A DNA stretch of 64,000 bases from an uncultured Chloroflexia bacterium (GTDB taxonomy: Bacteria > Chloroflexota > Limnocylindria > Limnocylindrales > CSP1-4). The stretch spans positions 928,001 to 992,000 of the forward strand of contig OY970218.1 in the NCBI GenBank assembly GCA_963713975.1. The letters run 5' to 3'. A program made the translations under genes and the position numbers. Of the stretch, positions 51,633 through 60,850 are shown one piece after another (the stretch's first letter is position 1; the number at the start of each line of letters is the position of its first letter). Under the pieces are notes generated by a model. That model saw only the letters and a list, made by a program, of their open reading frames with translations, searched no databases and was not told the DNA's origin.

Positions 51633-52124
51633 ATGCCCCAGACCGTAACCCTCGCCCTCACCGGTGACGACATGCGCTTCGAAGCGACCGTCGGCAGCGG
51701 CCACACCATCGTCATGGACAATGGCATCGGGGACACGGGTGCCCGTCCTTCCGAGTTGGTGGGCGTGGCTCTCGCAGGCTGCACGGCCATGGACGTCATC
51801 TCCATCCTGCGCAAGAAGCGCCAGCCGGTGACCGGCTACGAGGTGCGCGTCAAGGGCATCCAGACCGAGGACCACCCACACAACTTCACGCGCTTCGACG
51901 TGCAGCACGTCGTGGACGGCGAGGGCATCGACCCGGCGGCCGTCAGCCGCGCGATCGAGCTGTCGTGCACCAAGTACTGCTCCGTGGGCTCGACGCTCTC
52001 GTCCGGAGCGCTCGAGATCCACCACAGCTACCTGATCCGGACGCCGGGCGGCGACGACCTGGAGGCGGAGGTCCTGGTGACCGGCCCCAACGACTCGGCG
52101 GAGGTGGTTGTAGCGAGCGCCTGA
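51633..52124 (+). CDS. OsmC/YhfA-family protein
   Basis: RPSEL...LAGCTAMDV, SCTKYCSV. Confidence 0.9.
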   Translation: MPQTVTLALTGDDMRFEATVGSGHTIVMDNGIGDTGARPSELVGVALAGCTAMDVISILRKKRQPVTGYEVRVKGIQTEDHPHNFTRFDVQHVVDGEGIDPAAVSRAIELSCTKYCSVGSTLSSGALEIHHSYLIRTPGGDDLEAEVLVTGPNDSAEVVVASA

Positions 52125-52147
52125 GTCGCTGCGAGCGCCTGAGTCGC
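52113..52147. repeat. 17-bp tandem duplication across OsmC stop codon
   Basis: GCGAGCGCCTGAGTCGC at 52113 and 52131. Confidence 0.75.
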
Positions 52148-52148
52148 G

Positions 52149-52478
52149 TCAGGCGGCGGCGACCACCGACTTGATCACGACCCCCGGGATGCGCAGCCGC
52201 TCCGGGAGCCCGCTGGCCTCGTCGTGCGTGCATCCGGGACCCACGAGGGACCCGTCCGCATCGAAGAACTCCGCATAGCGCTCGCGATGGTCCGCCGCGT
52301 ACACGTAGGCGGATGCGATCCCGACCAGACGCAGCTCCGGGTGGTCCTTGAGCAGGTCTTCCACCGTGTACCCGTTGCGGCGCATCTCGAGCACCTGGTG
52401 GACCGTGAGGCGGGATCCGTAGCAGAAGGGCTCGCCGTTCATGACGAGCGGGTCAACCTTGACCCACTTGATGGTCAT
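52149..52478 (-). CDS. DUF433 domain protein
   Basis: VDPLVMNGEPF..GSRLTV..VL....G.TVEDLL.DHPEL. Confidence 0.8.
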   Translation of the reverse strand: MTIKWVKVDPLVMNGEPFCYGSRLTVHQVLEMRRNGYTVEDLLKDHPELRLVGIASAYVYAADHRERYAEFFDADGSLVGPGCTHDEASGLPERLRIPGVVIKSVVAAA

Positions 52479-52480
52479 CG

Positions 52481-52963
52481 TCAGATGCCCTTGTAGATCT
52501 TGTCGACGATCGGGTTGCGCTTCCGCGCGTCGCCTGACAGGCGCCGGTACCACGCGTAGGTCCGGGCGGCCGCATCCAGGGCCGCGTCGGCCGGGACCAT
52601 CTCCTCGGCGGAGAGCACGCCGCGCGCGGAGCCCCGCAGCCCCTCCATCAGCCGGACGACGTCATCCATGGCGACGCCCCGACGGCGGAACACCGTGGCG
52701 GTCTGATCGGCAAACTCCTTCAGCCAGTGCGGGTCATTGCCGGCGACGCAGAGGGCCAGGCGGTCCACGTGGACCTCGGTGTCGCGGAGCAGGCTGCGGA
52801 GACCCGTCTCGTCGTGGCGGTCGCGGAACGTCGGGTCGCCGCCGATCGCGATCTCCATCGCCCGCCCGGCCAGCGCGGCGCGGCTCGTGCGCAGACGAGC
52901 AGCGGCGTCCGGGAACCCGGCCTGGAGACTGCGCGGCGGAAGGCCGAGAGAGGGATGGCTCAC
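52481..52963 (-). CDS. Hypothetical all-helical protein, possibly globin/phycobiliprotein-like fold
   Basis: LLRDTEVHVDRLA...FRRRGVAMDDV helical pattern; TATCTT 6 nt before GTG. Confidence 0.6.
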   Translation of the reverse strand: MSHPSLGLPPRSLQAGFPDAAARLRTSRAALAGRAMEIAIGGDPTFRDRHDETGLRSLLRDTEVHVDRLALCVAGNDPHWLKEFADQTATVFRRRGVAMDDVVRLMEGLRGSARGVLSAEEMVPADAALDAAARTYAWYRRLSGDARKRNPIVDKIYKGI

Positions 52964-53009
52964 GCAGCCAAGATACCGCCCCGGCGCCCACGGCGCGTAG
53001 CATCTTGGG

Positions 53010-53522
53010 ATGAGCGAGCCCAATCAGAAGGTCCCTGGCACCACGTCACCCGCCGGCGGAGAGCAGCGCCGGCTGGATCGCGCGCCCGCCGAGCGCTATG
53101 CGGGCAGCGAGCCCGTCCCGGGTGGCGGCGCCGACGCGCCGCGCTCGTCCCGACCGGCCGCACGCCCGATCATCGCCGCGGTCCTGATCGCAGATGCCGG
53201 TGCGCTGGTGTTCTTCGTCCTCGGCCTCCTGGACCTCGGACCGGGCCTGGTCGCGGTAGCGGCGTTCATCGGCTGGGCCACGGCGCTGGCCCTCGTCTGG
53301 CGAGGTCGTGACGCCGGGATCACGGACGGACGGACCCGGGTGGCGATCGCCACTTTCCTGGGCTGCTGGGCGATCGTGGCCGGGATCACCGTCGACTGGC
53401 TCTACGCGCTGGGTCAGGGCGGCGTCCTGGGCCCCGTGGACTATGTCGTGCAGCGCTACGGCATCGTGGCTATCGCCGCCATCCTCGTCGCGGGCGGAGT
53501 GGCCGCCTACCGCGCGCGCTGA
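53010..53522 (+). CDS. Hypothetical membrane protein (4 TM)
   Basis: Four hydrophobic segments; TAGCAT 6 nt before ATG. Confidence 0.7.
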   Translation: MSEPNQKVPGTTSPAGGEQRRLDRAPAERYAGSEPVPGGGADAPRSSRPAARPIIAAVLIADAGALVFFVLGLLDLGPGLVAVAAFIGWATALALVWRGRDAGITDGRTRVAIATFLGCWAIVAGITVDWLYALGQGGVLGPVDYVVQRYGIVAIAAILVAGGVAAYRAR

Positions 53523-53536
53523 CGCTCCAATCCCGG

Positions 53537-54076
53537 CTAGCGCTGGAGGCGTTCCGGGCGCGGCGCGCGAGGCAGGTCGTGACCCTCATGCTCCATGGCG
53601 ACCCGCCGGGCCTCGTCCAGGCGGGCCTGGAGATCGGGGTCGAGCGGGATCGAGCGCCGTGAGCCCTGGGCGTTGTGTGCGTGTCGGACCGGCTGCGCAT
53701 CATCGTCCGCGGCGTCCGGCACCTCGCCCATGCCCTGCCCCGGCCCGATCCCACCGGTCTCGCCCCGGAACGGCATGCCCTGACGCTCGACGGCATCGAG
53801 GCTCATCCGGAGCGCGGCCGTCTTCTGGCCGGCCACCTCGCGCACATAGGCCGCCTCCTCGTCCGCCGTCATCGGTCGCCCGCGCACGATCCCCTTCGGC
53901 TTGCCGACCATCAGCCACGCCAGGTGGTAACGGTCCATCGATCCCCAGGCCGTCGCGAGGAGATCATCGGACAGTTGGAGCCAGGTCTGGAGCGCAGTGA
54001 GGGACGGCTGGGCGTCGAGGCGCCCACCCTCGGCGATCAGCTGGCTCGTTCGAAGGATCAGCTCGTCGCGCGTCAT
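53537..54076 (-). CDS. Hypothetical protein
   Basis: Coding-like ORF filling the gap downstream of the pab genes. Confidence 0.65.
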   Translation of the reverse strand: MTRDELILRTSQLIAEGGRLDAQPSLTALQTWLQLSDDLLATAWGSMDRYHLAWLMVGKPKGIVRGRPMTADEEAAYVREVAGQKTAALRMSLDAVERQGMPFRGETGGIGPGQGMGEVPDAADDDAQPVRHAHNAQGSRRSIPLDPDLQARLDEARRVAMEHEGHDLPRAPRPERLQR

Positions 54077-54115
54077 CGGACCCCCAGTCTATCGGCCGGT
54101 CCGGCTCTCTTGGCC

Positions 54116-55024
54116 TCAGCCCTCGCGGATGAAGGCCTCCCGCGCACCGCGTGCGCGCATCGACCACGGCCCTGGCAGCCCGTCGCCGATCGGGTGCCCG
54201 TTGAACCGCGTGACCGGCAGCACTCCCGCGACCGACGACGACATGAACGCCTCCGATGCCGCCGCCAGCTCGTCCGGCGTGAGCCAGCCCTCCACCGGCC
54301 GGAGCCCCACCTCGACGGCCCAGCGGAGCAGCCACGATCGCGTGGTACCCGGCAGGATGGCGCAGTCCAGCGCCGGCGTCGCGAGCTCCGTCACGCCGTC
54401 GGACGCCGTACGGACGAGGAAGATGTTGGCCGTCGTCGCCTCGGACAGGTGGCCCGACATCGTGAGGAAGACCGCGTCCTCGGCGCCCGCCCGGCGTGCC
54501 TCCAGCCGCGCGAAGACGTAGTCCGCCCGCGATGTCGTCTTGAGCGACACGACGGGGTTCGACGGGTCCCGCCGCACGGCGGATACCACCAGCGACAGCC
54601 CGCGCTCCAGGTGCCCCGTGGGCGGCGGGTCCACGGGCCACGCCTGGATGGCGACCGTCGCGACCAGCCGCTCCGACTCCGGTGGCAGCAGCCCGCGGGA
54701 TGACCACGCCCCGCGCGATACCGTGATCCGGATAGAGGCGTCGCCATCGGGACCGTCGAGACCCTCAGCCGCCAGCAGGTCCTGCACGCCGCGCGCCACC
54801 AGGATCTCCAGGTCGGACGGGAGCACGATCGCGAGGCCCCCGGCGGACCGGCGCAGGCGCGCCAGGTGCTCGGCAAGCTCGGTGACGTGCCCGCCGCGCG
54901 CTCGCAGCGTCTCGAACAGCCCGTCACCCAGCTGGAACCCGCGATCGAAGACCGAGAGATGCATCCCCGCTGCCGGCCGTACCGCGCCGTCCACCCACAC
55001 GTGTTCCGGGAGCCGGTCCTTCAT
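54116..55024 (-). CDS. PLP fold-type IV enzyme (aminodeoxychorismate lyase PabC-like)
   Basis: DRGFQLGDGLFETLR, HLARL, LKT, EATTANIF, ILPGTTR; ATGA overlap with pabB. Confidence 0.85.
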   Translation of the reverse strand: MKDRLPEHVWVDGAVRPAAGMHLSVFDRGFQLGDGLFETLRARGGHVTELAEHLARLRRSAGGLAIVLPSDLEILVARGVQDLLAAEGLDGPDGDASIRITVSRGAWSSRGLLPPESERLVATVAIQAWPVDPPPTGHLERGLSLVVSAVRRDPSNPVVSLKTTSRADYVFARLEARRAGAEDAVFLTMSGHLSEATTANIFLVRTASDGVTELATPALDCAILPGTTRSWLLRWAVEVGLRPVEGWLTPDELAAASEAFMSSSVAGVLPVTRFNGHPIGDGLPGPWSMRARGAREAFIREG

Positions 55025-56547
55025 CCCGCCACCTCCAGCGCGCCAATCGACGACAGCGGCCCGCGAGCCTTGGCCACGGTCTCGTCCCACTCCTCGCGGG
55101 GGTCGCTCCGCCAGGTGATCCCGCCGCCCACGTGGAGCATCAGGCGCTCGCCGTCCGCGACGAAGGTGCGGATGAGGATCGAGGAACCGAGCCTGCCGTC
55201 CGGACCGATCCAGGCCATCGCGCCGCAGTAGGGGCCACGGCGCACCGGCTCCAGGCCCTCGACGACCTCCATCGCGCGGATCTTCGGCGCGCCCGTGATC
55301 GACCCGCCCGGGAACGAGGCTGCCAGCAGGTCGAAGGCGTCGGCTTCCGGACGGAGGCGGCCCGTCACGGTGGTCACGAGGTGCTGGACGGTGGCCGTCC
55401 GCTCCAGGCGGAGGAGCCTGGGAACGCGGACGGAACCTGGCTCGCAGACCCGCCCGAGGTCGTTGCGCAGCACGTCCACGATCATCACGTTCTCGGCCTG
55501 GTCCTTGCGGCTGGCCAGCAGCTCGCGGGCCAGCGCCCGGTCCTCGTCCCGTGACCGGCCCCTCGGACGCGTGCCCTTGATCGGGTCCGCGGCGACGTTC
55601 CGGTCGTCGTCCACCGACAGGAACGGCTCGGGCGAGGCGGAGAGGATCGCGCGCGGCGCCCCCGTGGCGGGGGACGGACCGAGGTCGAGGTAGCCGGCGA
55701 ACAGGGCAGGATCACCAGTGCGAAGCCGCCGGAACAGCGGCCACGGGTCCCCGGCGAACGGCGCCTCCAGGCGGCGGGTGAGGTTCGCCTGGTAGATCTC
55801 CCCGCGGCCGATGGCGTCGCGAACGGCCTCCACGCCGGCCAGCCAGGCAGGGTGGGACGTGCCGGACACGAAGCTCGACGGGACCGACTGCTCGACGAAG
55901 CCCTGGCGCCGCGGCACGGGACTGGGATCGGGGAGGCTACCCTCGGCGAACGCGCCCAGGCGGGCCACCACCTCGTGCATCCGCGCGACGGCCCTCCGCA
56001 CGTCGCCGTCCACTTGTCGAACGGACACCCAGGCGGCGCCGGTGCGCCGGTCCCACGCGAGCGCCCAGTCGTGGAGTGCCAGGCGGAGCAGCGGCAGGTG
56101 CTGGTCCACGCGTGCGATCGACGGCAGCCGCTCGAGCCGGCGGCCCAGGTCGTACCCGAGGAAGCCCACCAGCCCGCCGGCGAACGGCGGCACCGGGTCG
56201 TCGCCAGGGAGACCAGGGCTGGCTGCGTTCGTGCCACCGGCGGCACTCGTGCCACCAGGCGGGCCCATCCGGCCCAGCAGCGCGCGCGCCTCGGCAAACG
56301 GGTCCACGCCCTCGGCGGGTGCGTCCACGACCGCTACGGGATCTGCCGTCAGGTAGCTCCAGCGACCCGTCCGTCCGGGCCGCGCGCTCTCCAGCAGCGC
56401 CAGCCCCGACATGTCGCGGAACGCCTCAGCGACGTCCATTGGCGCCATCCCGTCGAGCAGCGGGAGCCGCAGCACCCGTACGGCACCCTCCACGGGCGAC
56501 GTGACGGGGACACGAGCTACGAGACGGGCCTCCGGTGATGACGACAC
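55021..56547 (-). CDS. pabB: Aminodeoxychorismate synthase component I
   Basis: LLES, YQANL, SASPE, PIKGTRPR (PabB-type), AENVMIVDVLRNDLG, FPGGSITGAPK. Confidence 0.9.
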   Translation of the reverse strand: MSSSPEARLVARVPVTSPVEGAVRVLRLPLLDGMAPMDVAEAFRDMSGLALLESARPGRTGRWSYLTADPVAVVDAPAEGVDPFAEARALLGRMGPPGGTSAAGGTNAASPGLPGDDPVPPFAGGLVGFLGYDLGRRLERLPSIARVDQHLPLLRLALHDWALAWDRRTGAAWVSVRQVDGDVRRAVARMHEVVARLGAFAEGSLPDPSPVPRRQGFVEQSVPSSFVSGTSHPAWLAGVEAVRDAIGRGEIYQANLTRRLEAPFAGDPWPLFRRLRTGDPALFAGYLDLGPSPATGAPRAILSASPEPFLSVDDDRNVAADPIKGTRPRGRSRDEDRALARELLASRKDQAENVMIVDVLRNDLGRVCEPGSVRVPRLLRLERTATVQHLVTTVTGRLRPEADAFDLLAASFPGGSITGAPKIRAMEVVEGLEPVRRGPYCGAMAWIGPDGRLGSSILIRTFVADGERLMLHVGGGITWRSDPREEWDETVAKARGPLSSIGALEVAG

Positions 56548-56627
56548 CCGGCGATGATAGAGCCCGGCAGTCCAAGTTCGGTCGGCAGCCGACCCATGCC
56601 TGCCCGCAACCAACCATGGAGGCCCCC

Positions 56628-57815
56628 GTGCGCGCTATCGAGCTCGGCCTGAAGATCGGTCTGCTCAACCCGGGGGCGTTGGACGCGATCACCGACGTCC
56701 CAGGCGTGCTCGTCGGGCACACGACGCTGAACAGCGGCGAGGGCCCGCTGGTGGTCGGCACCGGCCCCGTCCGAACCGGCGTCACGATCGTCGTCCCGCA
56801 CGAGGACCACGTCTGGACCGAACCGGTCTTCGCGGGCTGCCACCGCCTCAACGGCAACGGCGAGCTCACCGGGCTGGAGTGGGTCCGCGAGTCCGGGATG
56901 CTCGGCGGCGTCATCGGCATCACCAACACGCACAGCGTAGGTGTCGTCCGGGACGCCCTCGTCGCGCACGCGGCCCGTGATCGCGCCAACGAGTCCGTCT
57001 TCTGGTCGCTGCCGGTCGTGGGCGAGACGTATGACGGAGCCCTCAACGACATGAACGGGCACCACGTGCGCTCGGAACACGTGGACGCGGCGCTCGGGGC
57101 CGCCTCGAGCGGTCCCGTAGGCGAAGGCAACGTGGGTGGTGGGACCGGGATGATCTGCCACGAGTTCAAGGGCGGCATCGGGACGGCGTCGCGGACCGTG
57201 CCCGACGCGGACGGCGGCTGGGTGGTCGGGGCGCTGGTCCAGGCCAACTACGGATCCCGTGAGCTGCTCCGGATCGACGGCGTCCCTGTGGGGCAGGCGA
57301 TCCCGCGGAGCGAGGTCCCCAGCCCCTGGGACCAGGAGGAGGTGTTGGGACACTCCCGGACTACGGATGCGTCCCCGGGGTTGTCGTCACGAACAGGGCC
57401 CGGTGGAGGCTCCATCATCGTGATCCTCGCCACCAACGCGCCGCTGCTGCCCCACCAGTGCACGCGGCTCGCGCAACGAGCCGGCCTCGGGCTCGCGCGC
57501 ATGGGCAGCATCGCCTCGCATGGGTCGGGCGACATCTTCATCGCCTTCGCCACCGGCAACCGCGGCCTTGGCGCGACGGACGCCGAGAAGGACCCGCGCC
57601 GGACCGTCGAGACACGAGTGGTCGTCGACAAGGGCATGTCACCCCTGTTCCAGGCCGCGATCGAGGCAACCGAGGCGGCGGTGGTGAACGCGCTGCTGGC
57701 CGCCGAGACGCTCACCGGTCGCGACGGGATCACGGCGCACGCGCTTGACCACGGCCGGCTGCTGGACGTGATGGCCCGATATGGACGGGGTCCGCGCGCG
57801 ACCGTGGCCGGCTGA
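56628..57815 (+). CDS. DmpA/P1-family aminopeptidase
   Basis: ITDVPGVLVGH, NGNGELTG, VVGETYDG, GNVGGGTG, FKGGIG, GS|IIVILAT autocleavage site, HGSGD; GGAGG RBS. Confidence 0.92.
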   Translation: MRAIELGLKIGLLNPGALDAITDVPGVLVGHTTLNSGEGPLVVGTGPVRTGVTIVVPHEDHVWTEPVFAGCHRLNGNGELTGLEWVRESGMLGGVIGITNTHSVGVVRDALVAHAARDRANESVFWSLPVVGETYDGALNDMNGHHVRSEHVDAALGAASSGPVGEGNVGGGTGMICHEFKGGIGTASRTVPDADGGWVVGALVQANYGSRELLRIDGVPVGQAIPRSEVPSPWDQEEVLGHSRTTDASPGLSSRTGPGGGSIIVILATNAPLLPHQCTRLAQRAGLGLARMGSIASHGSGDIFIAFATGNRGLGATDAEKDPRRTVETRVVVDKGMSPLFQAAIEATEAAVVNALLAAETLTGRDGITAHALDHGRLLDVMARYGRGPRATVAG

Positions 57816-57833
57816 GGCCGAGGGCGGGATGCT

Positions 57834-58493
57834 TCAGGTCTCCTCGCGCCGACCCAGCTCGGCCAGGCCGGTGGCAGACAGCCGGTAGACGCCCCGCTCG
57901 ACACGCTCGAACCAGCCGTAGACGTTGTCGCGCAGGATCCGGCCCGCGCTCGGCGCCTCCCCGGTCGCCCGGACGATCCGCACCGGCTGCGGACCCGTCG
58001 CGAGGGCATGGACGCAGCGGATCGCCTCCTGGCGGTAGGCCGTCATGATCGGACGGCCGACGCTTCCACCCCGCGTCGGGTCCCCGATCCGGCGCCGGTG
58101 CTCGCCAAGCAGCGCGGTGGCACGGCGCAGGTTGGTGCGGGGCCGATACGGGACCGGGTCGACCACGACCTCGGCTCGCCCGTGGCTCACGACGATGAGG
58201 CCCAGGCCCAGCCGACGACACAGCCGCCTCGCGTCGGACTGCCGGGCCGGCCAGGCACCGACGGCGAGATACACCGCGTCCGTGATCGCCAGCCGGTCGA
58301 TCCCCTGCATGACGATCCCGATACCGAACGTGCGCTTGAGCTCCACGATGACGGGCGGCTCGTCGCCGCGCACGCCGACGACGTCACAGCCCTTGACCTC
58401 GCCCTTGACGTCGTAACCCTGAGTCTCGAGCAGCGCCTTGACCGGCGCGTAGAGGTCCGTCTCGAGGAGGACATCCGACCCGGGCGGGGGCAT
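57834..58493 (-). CDS. DUF2161-family putative PD-(D/E)XK protein
   Basis: ETDLYAPVK, VKGEV..CD, VELK, LCRRLGLGL, MTAYRQ, N.YGWFER..RG.Y. Confidence 0.85.
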   Translation of the reverse strand: MPPPGSDVLLETDLYAPVKALLETQGYDVKGEVKGCDVVGVRGDEPPVIVELKRTFGIGIVMQGIDRLAITDAVYLAVGAWPARQSDARRLCRRLGLGLIVVSHGRAEVVVDPVPYRPRTNLRRATALLGEHRRRIGDPTRGGSVGRPIMTAYRQEAIRCVHALATGPQPVRIVRATGEAPSAGRILRDNVYGWFERVERGVYRLSATGLAELGRREET

Positions 58494-58520
58494 GGGGTGA
58501 TCCGTTCAGTCAAACGGGGG

Positions 58521-58964
58521 TCAGCCGCCGCCGAACGGGGTGTCGCGGCGGGCGAACTCGTCCAGCAGACGACGGCATTCCTCGGCCTCCCGCTGCGCCT
58601 GACGGACGATCCAGGGATCGACGCGCGCCGAGTCCTCCAGGATGACCGTGGGACCACGATCACCATCGTCCAGCACGATTCCCGACGCGTTCCGGTAGTC
58701 GGCCATCCAGTTTGCCTGGAGGGCGACGAGTACGTCCACCACCACGCGCCGCGGGAACACCCAGTCCAGGTGGGTGGCGTTGAGACGGTCCACGAGGTCG
58801 TCGATCCGGACGGGGAACGACCGCTCCATGCACGCGACCCCCTCCAGCACGCGGATCGTGGTGAACGGGTCCGCGGACTCGGCCACGACGGGCGGCCTCG
58901 GTCGGGCGTCAGGGAAGCCGGCGGGGAGGGGTCGCCGCCCGACGGCGCCGGGGTCGATCGTCAT
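58521..58964 (-). CDS. Hypothetical protein
   Basis: GAGG RBS, ATGA overlap with upstream small ORF. Confidence 0.65.
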   Translation of the reverse strand: MTIDPGAVGRRPLPAGFPDARPRPPVVAESADPFTTIRVLEGVACMERSFPVRIDDLVDRLNATHLDWVFPRRVVVDVLVALQANWMADYRNASGIVLDDGDRGPTVILEDSARVDPWIVRQAQREAEECRRLLDEFARRDTPFGGG

Positions 58965-59167
58965 GACGGGTCTACCTCTCTCCGGCCCGCGGGTGCCGGA
59001 ATCTCGATCGTCACGTACCCGCCTGCCCCGGCAGGGATCGAGTCGTCGGGACGTGCGTGGTGCACCATCTCCTGGGCTGGTGGCTGGTTCCGCATGACCG
59101 CCTGCTCGAAACCGAACAGCACGCCGCCGATCGACTGGCCGAGGGGCTGCTTCTTCCGCTTCGCCAA
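58961..59167 (-). CDS. Small hypothetical protein
   Basis: GGAGA RBS before TTG; MAKRKKQPLGQSIGGVLFGFEQ... Confidence 0.55.
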   Translation of the reverse strand: MAKRKKQPLGQSIGGVLFGFEQAVMRNQPPAQEMVHHARPDDSIPAGAGGYVTIEIPAPAGRREVDPS

Positions 59168-59201
59168 ACGCTCGTCTCCACCGGCGGGAGACCAGACTAG
59201 C

Positions 59202-59251
59202 GGCTCCGGACGCACCGGCTGGCTCCGGACGCACCGGCTGGCTCCGGACGC
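59202..59251. repeat. 19-bp tandem repeat, about 2.6 copies
   Basis: GGCTCCGGACGCACCGGCT x2 plus partial copy, just downstream of kamA. Confidence 0.85.
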
Positions 59252-59254
59252 GCC

Positions 59255-60739
59255 CTACTCCGTCGCGTCGGCCCCCGGCTCGAGCACCGGCAGCGCCCGG
59301 GCGCTCTCAGTGGACTTGCCCTCGATCGCACCCACGCCAAGGGGCACCCACTTGGACGGATCCTTGAGGCGGTGCGTGCCCTCGGCACCGCGGTCGTGGA
59401 CCTGCTGGAAGCCGGCGGGCTCGATCCACATCCGCTTGCCGTCCAGAAGCCCGGTGATGCCCTCCTGGCCGGGCTCCGGCCGCGGGTTCTGGCAGTACTG
59501 GCAGGTGGAGGGATCGTGCGGCTGGTAGTCCGCCGGCTCCTCGTAGGTGGTGATGTAGCCCTCGTAGTTGCGCAGGATCACCTTGTGGTCCGAGTACGAG
59601 ACCAGGTAGTTCGGCATGACCGGGATCTTCCCGCCGCCACCGGGCGCGTCCACGATGAACTGCGGGACCGCGTAGCCCGAGGTGTGGCCGCGCAGGCCCT
59701 CGATGATCTCGAGGCCCTTGCCCACCGGCGTCCGGAAGTGGCCGGCACCCTCGACCAGGTCGCACTGGTACAGGTAGTACGGCCGCACCCGGATCTCCAC
59801 CAGGCGCTGGACCAGCTCGCGCTGCGTGTGGACGCAGTCGTTGACGCCGGCCAGGAGCACCGACTGGTTGCCCAGGGGGATCCCGGCGCGCGACAGCTTG
59901 TCGCAGGCACGAGCGAGCTCGGGGGTGATCTCGTTGGGGTGGTTGACATGGATGTTCAGCCACAGGGGGTGGTACTTGGCGAGCATCTCACACAGCTCGT
60001 CGTCGATCCGCTGGGGCAAGAACACGGGCACCCGGGAGCCGATGCGCACGATCTCCACGTGCGGGATCTCGCGCAGGCCCCGGAGCGCGGACTCGAGGAG
60101 CTTCGGCGCCAACGTGAGGCCATCGCCACCCGAGATCAGGACGTCGCGGATCTGCGGGGTGTTGCGGATGTACTCGAGCTGGGCCTCGAGCTCCTTGCGG
60201 TTGAAGTTCTGGGTAGGGTCGCCGACGATCCGGCTTCGGGTGCAGTACCGGCAGTAGACGGCGCACTGCGTGGTGATCAGCATCAGGACGCGGTCCGGGT
60301 AGCGGTGGACCAGGCCGGGGACGGGCGAGTGCCGGTCCTCGGCGAGGCTGTCCTCCATCATTCCCGTGAAGCTGTGCAGCTCCCGGCCGAGCGGGATGAT
60401 CTGGCGGCGGATCGGATCGTTCGGATCGTGAGGATCCATGAGGCTGGCGAAGTACGGCGTCACGTCGACCCGGAACTTGTCGGGAGCGGACAGGCCCTCG
60501 CGCTCCTCGTCGGTGAGCTCGAGGATCTGCTCGAAGTCCTCGAGGTCGTTGACGCGGTTGGACAGCTGCCACTTCCAGTCGTTCCACTTCTCGGCCGGCA
60601 CGTCGGCCCACATCGGGGCACGGCGGCTGACCGCGGGCAGGCCGTCGGGGCCCAGCCGCCTCGCCGGATCGCGCTGGTTCACGAAGGGTGCCGCCTCGAC
60701 GGCCGTGACGCTGCCCGAACCCCGCGCCTGCTCCGCCAC
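59255..60739 (-). CDS. kamA: Lysine 2,3-aminomutase (radical SAM/PLP)
   Basis: WNDWKWQ, LVHRYPDRV, CAVYCRYCTR, SGGD, NQSVLL, YQCD, GHTSG, GGGKIP; GGAGG RBS before GTG 60739. Confidence 0.93.
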   Translation of the reverse strand: MAEQARGSGSVTAVEAAPFVNQRDPARRLGPDGLPAVSRRAPMWADVPAEKWNDWKWQLSNRVNDLEDFEQILELTDEEREGLSAPDKFRVDVTPYFASLMDPHDPNDPIRRQIIPLGRELHSFTGMMEDSLAEDRHSPVPGLVHRYPDRVLMLITTQCAVYCRYCTRSRIVGDPTQNFNRKELEAQLEYIRNTPQIRDVLISGGDGLTLAPKLLESALRGLREIPHVEIVRIGSRVPVFLPQRIDDELCEMLAKYHPLWLNIHVNHPNEITPELARACDKLSRAGIPLGNQSVLLAGVNDCVHTQRELVQRLVEIRVRPYYLYQCDLVEGAGHFRTPVGKGLEIIEGLRGHTSGYAVPQFIVDAPGGGGKIPVMPNYLVSYSDHKVILRNYEGYITTYEEPADYQPHDPSTCQYCQNPRPEPGQEGITGLLDGKRMWIEPAGFQQVHDRGAEGTHRLKDPSKWVPLGVGAIEGKSTESARALPVLEPGADATE

Positions 60740-60850
60740 CTGCCGAACCTCCGATTCCCACTGTCCGGCGGGCATGCCGCCACCGATCGAACGCATAAAT
60801 CCTATGCATCCTGAATGGACCGCGATCATAGCGGAGGTGCCGTGGAGCGT

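Noticed and set aside
59202-59251. 19-bp repeats as CRISPR
   Set aside because: Head-to-tail with no spacers; a simple tandem repeat.
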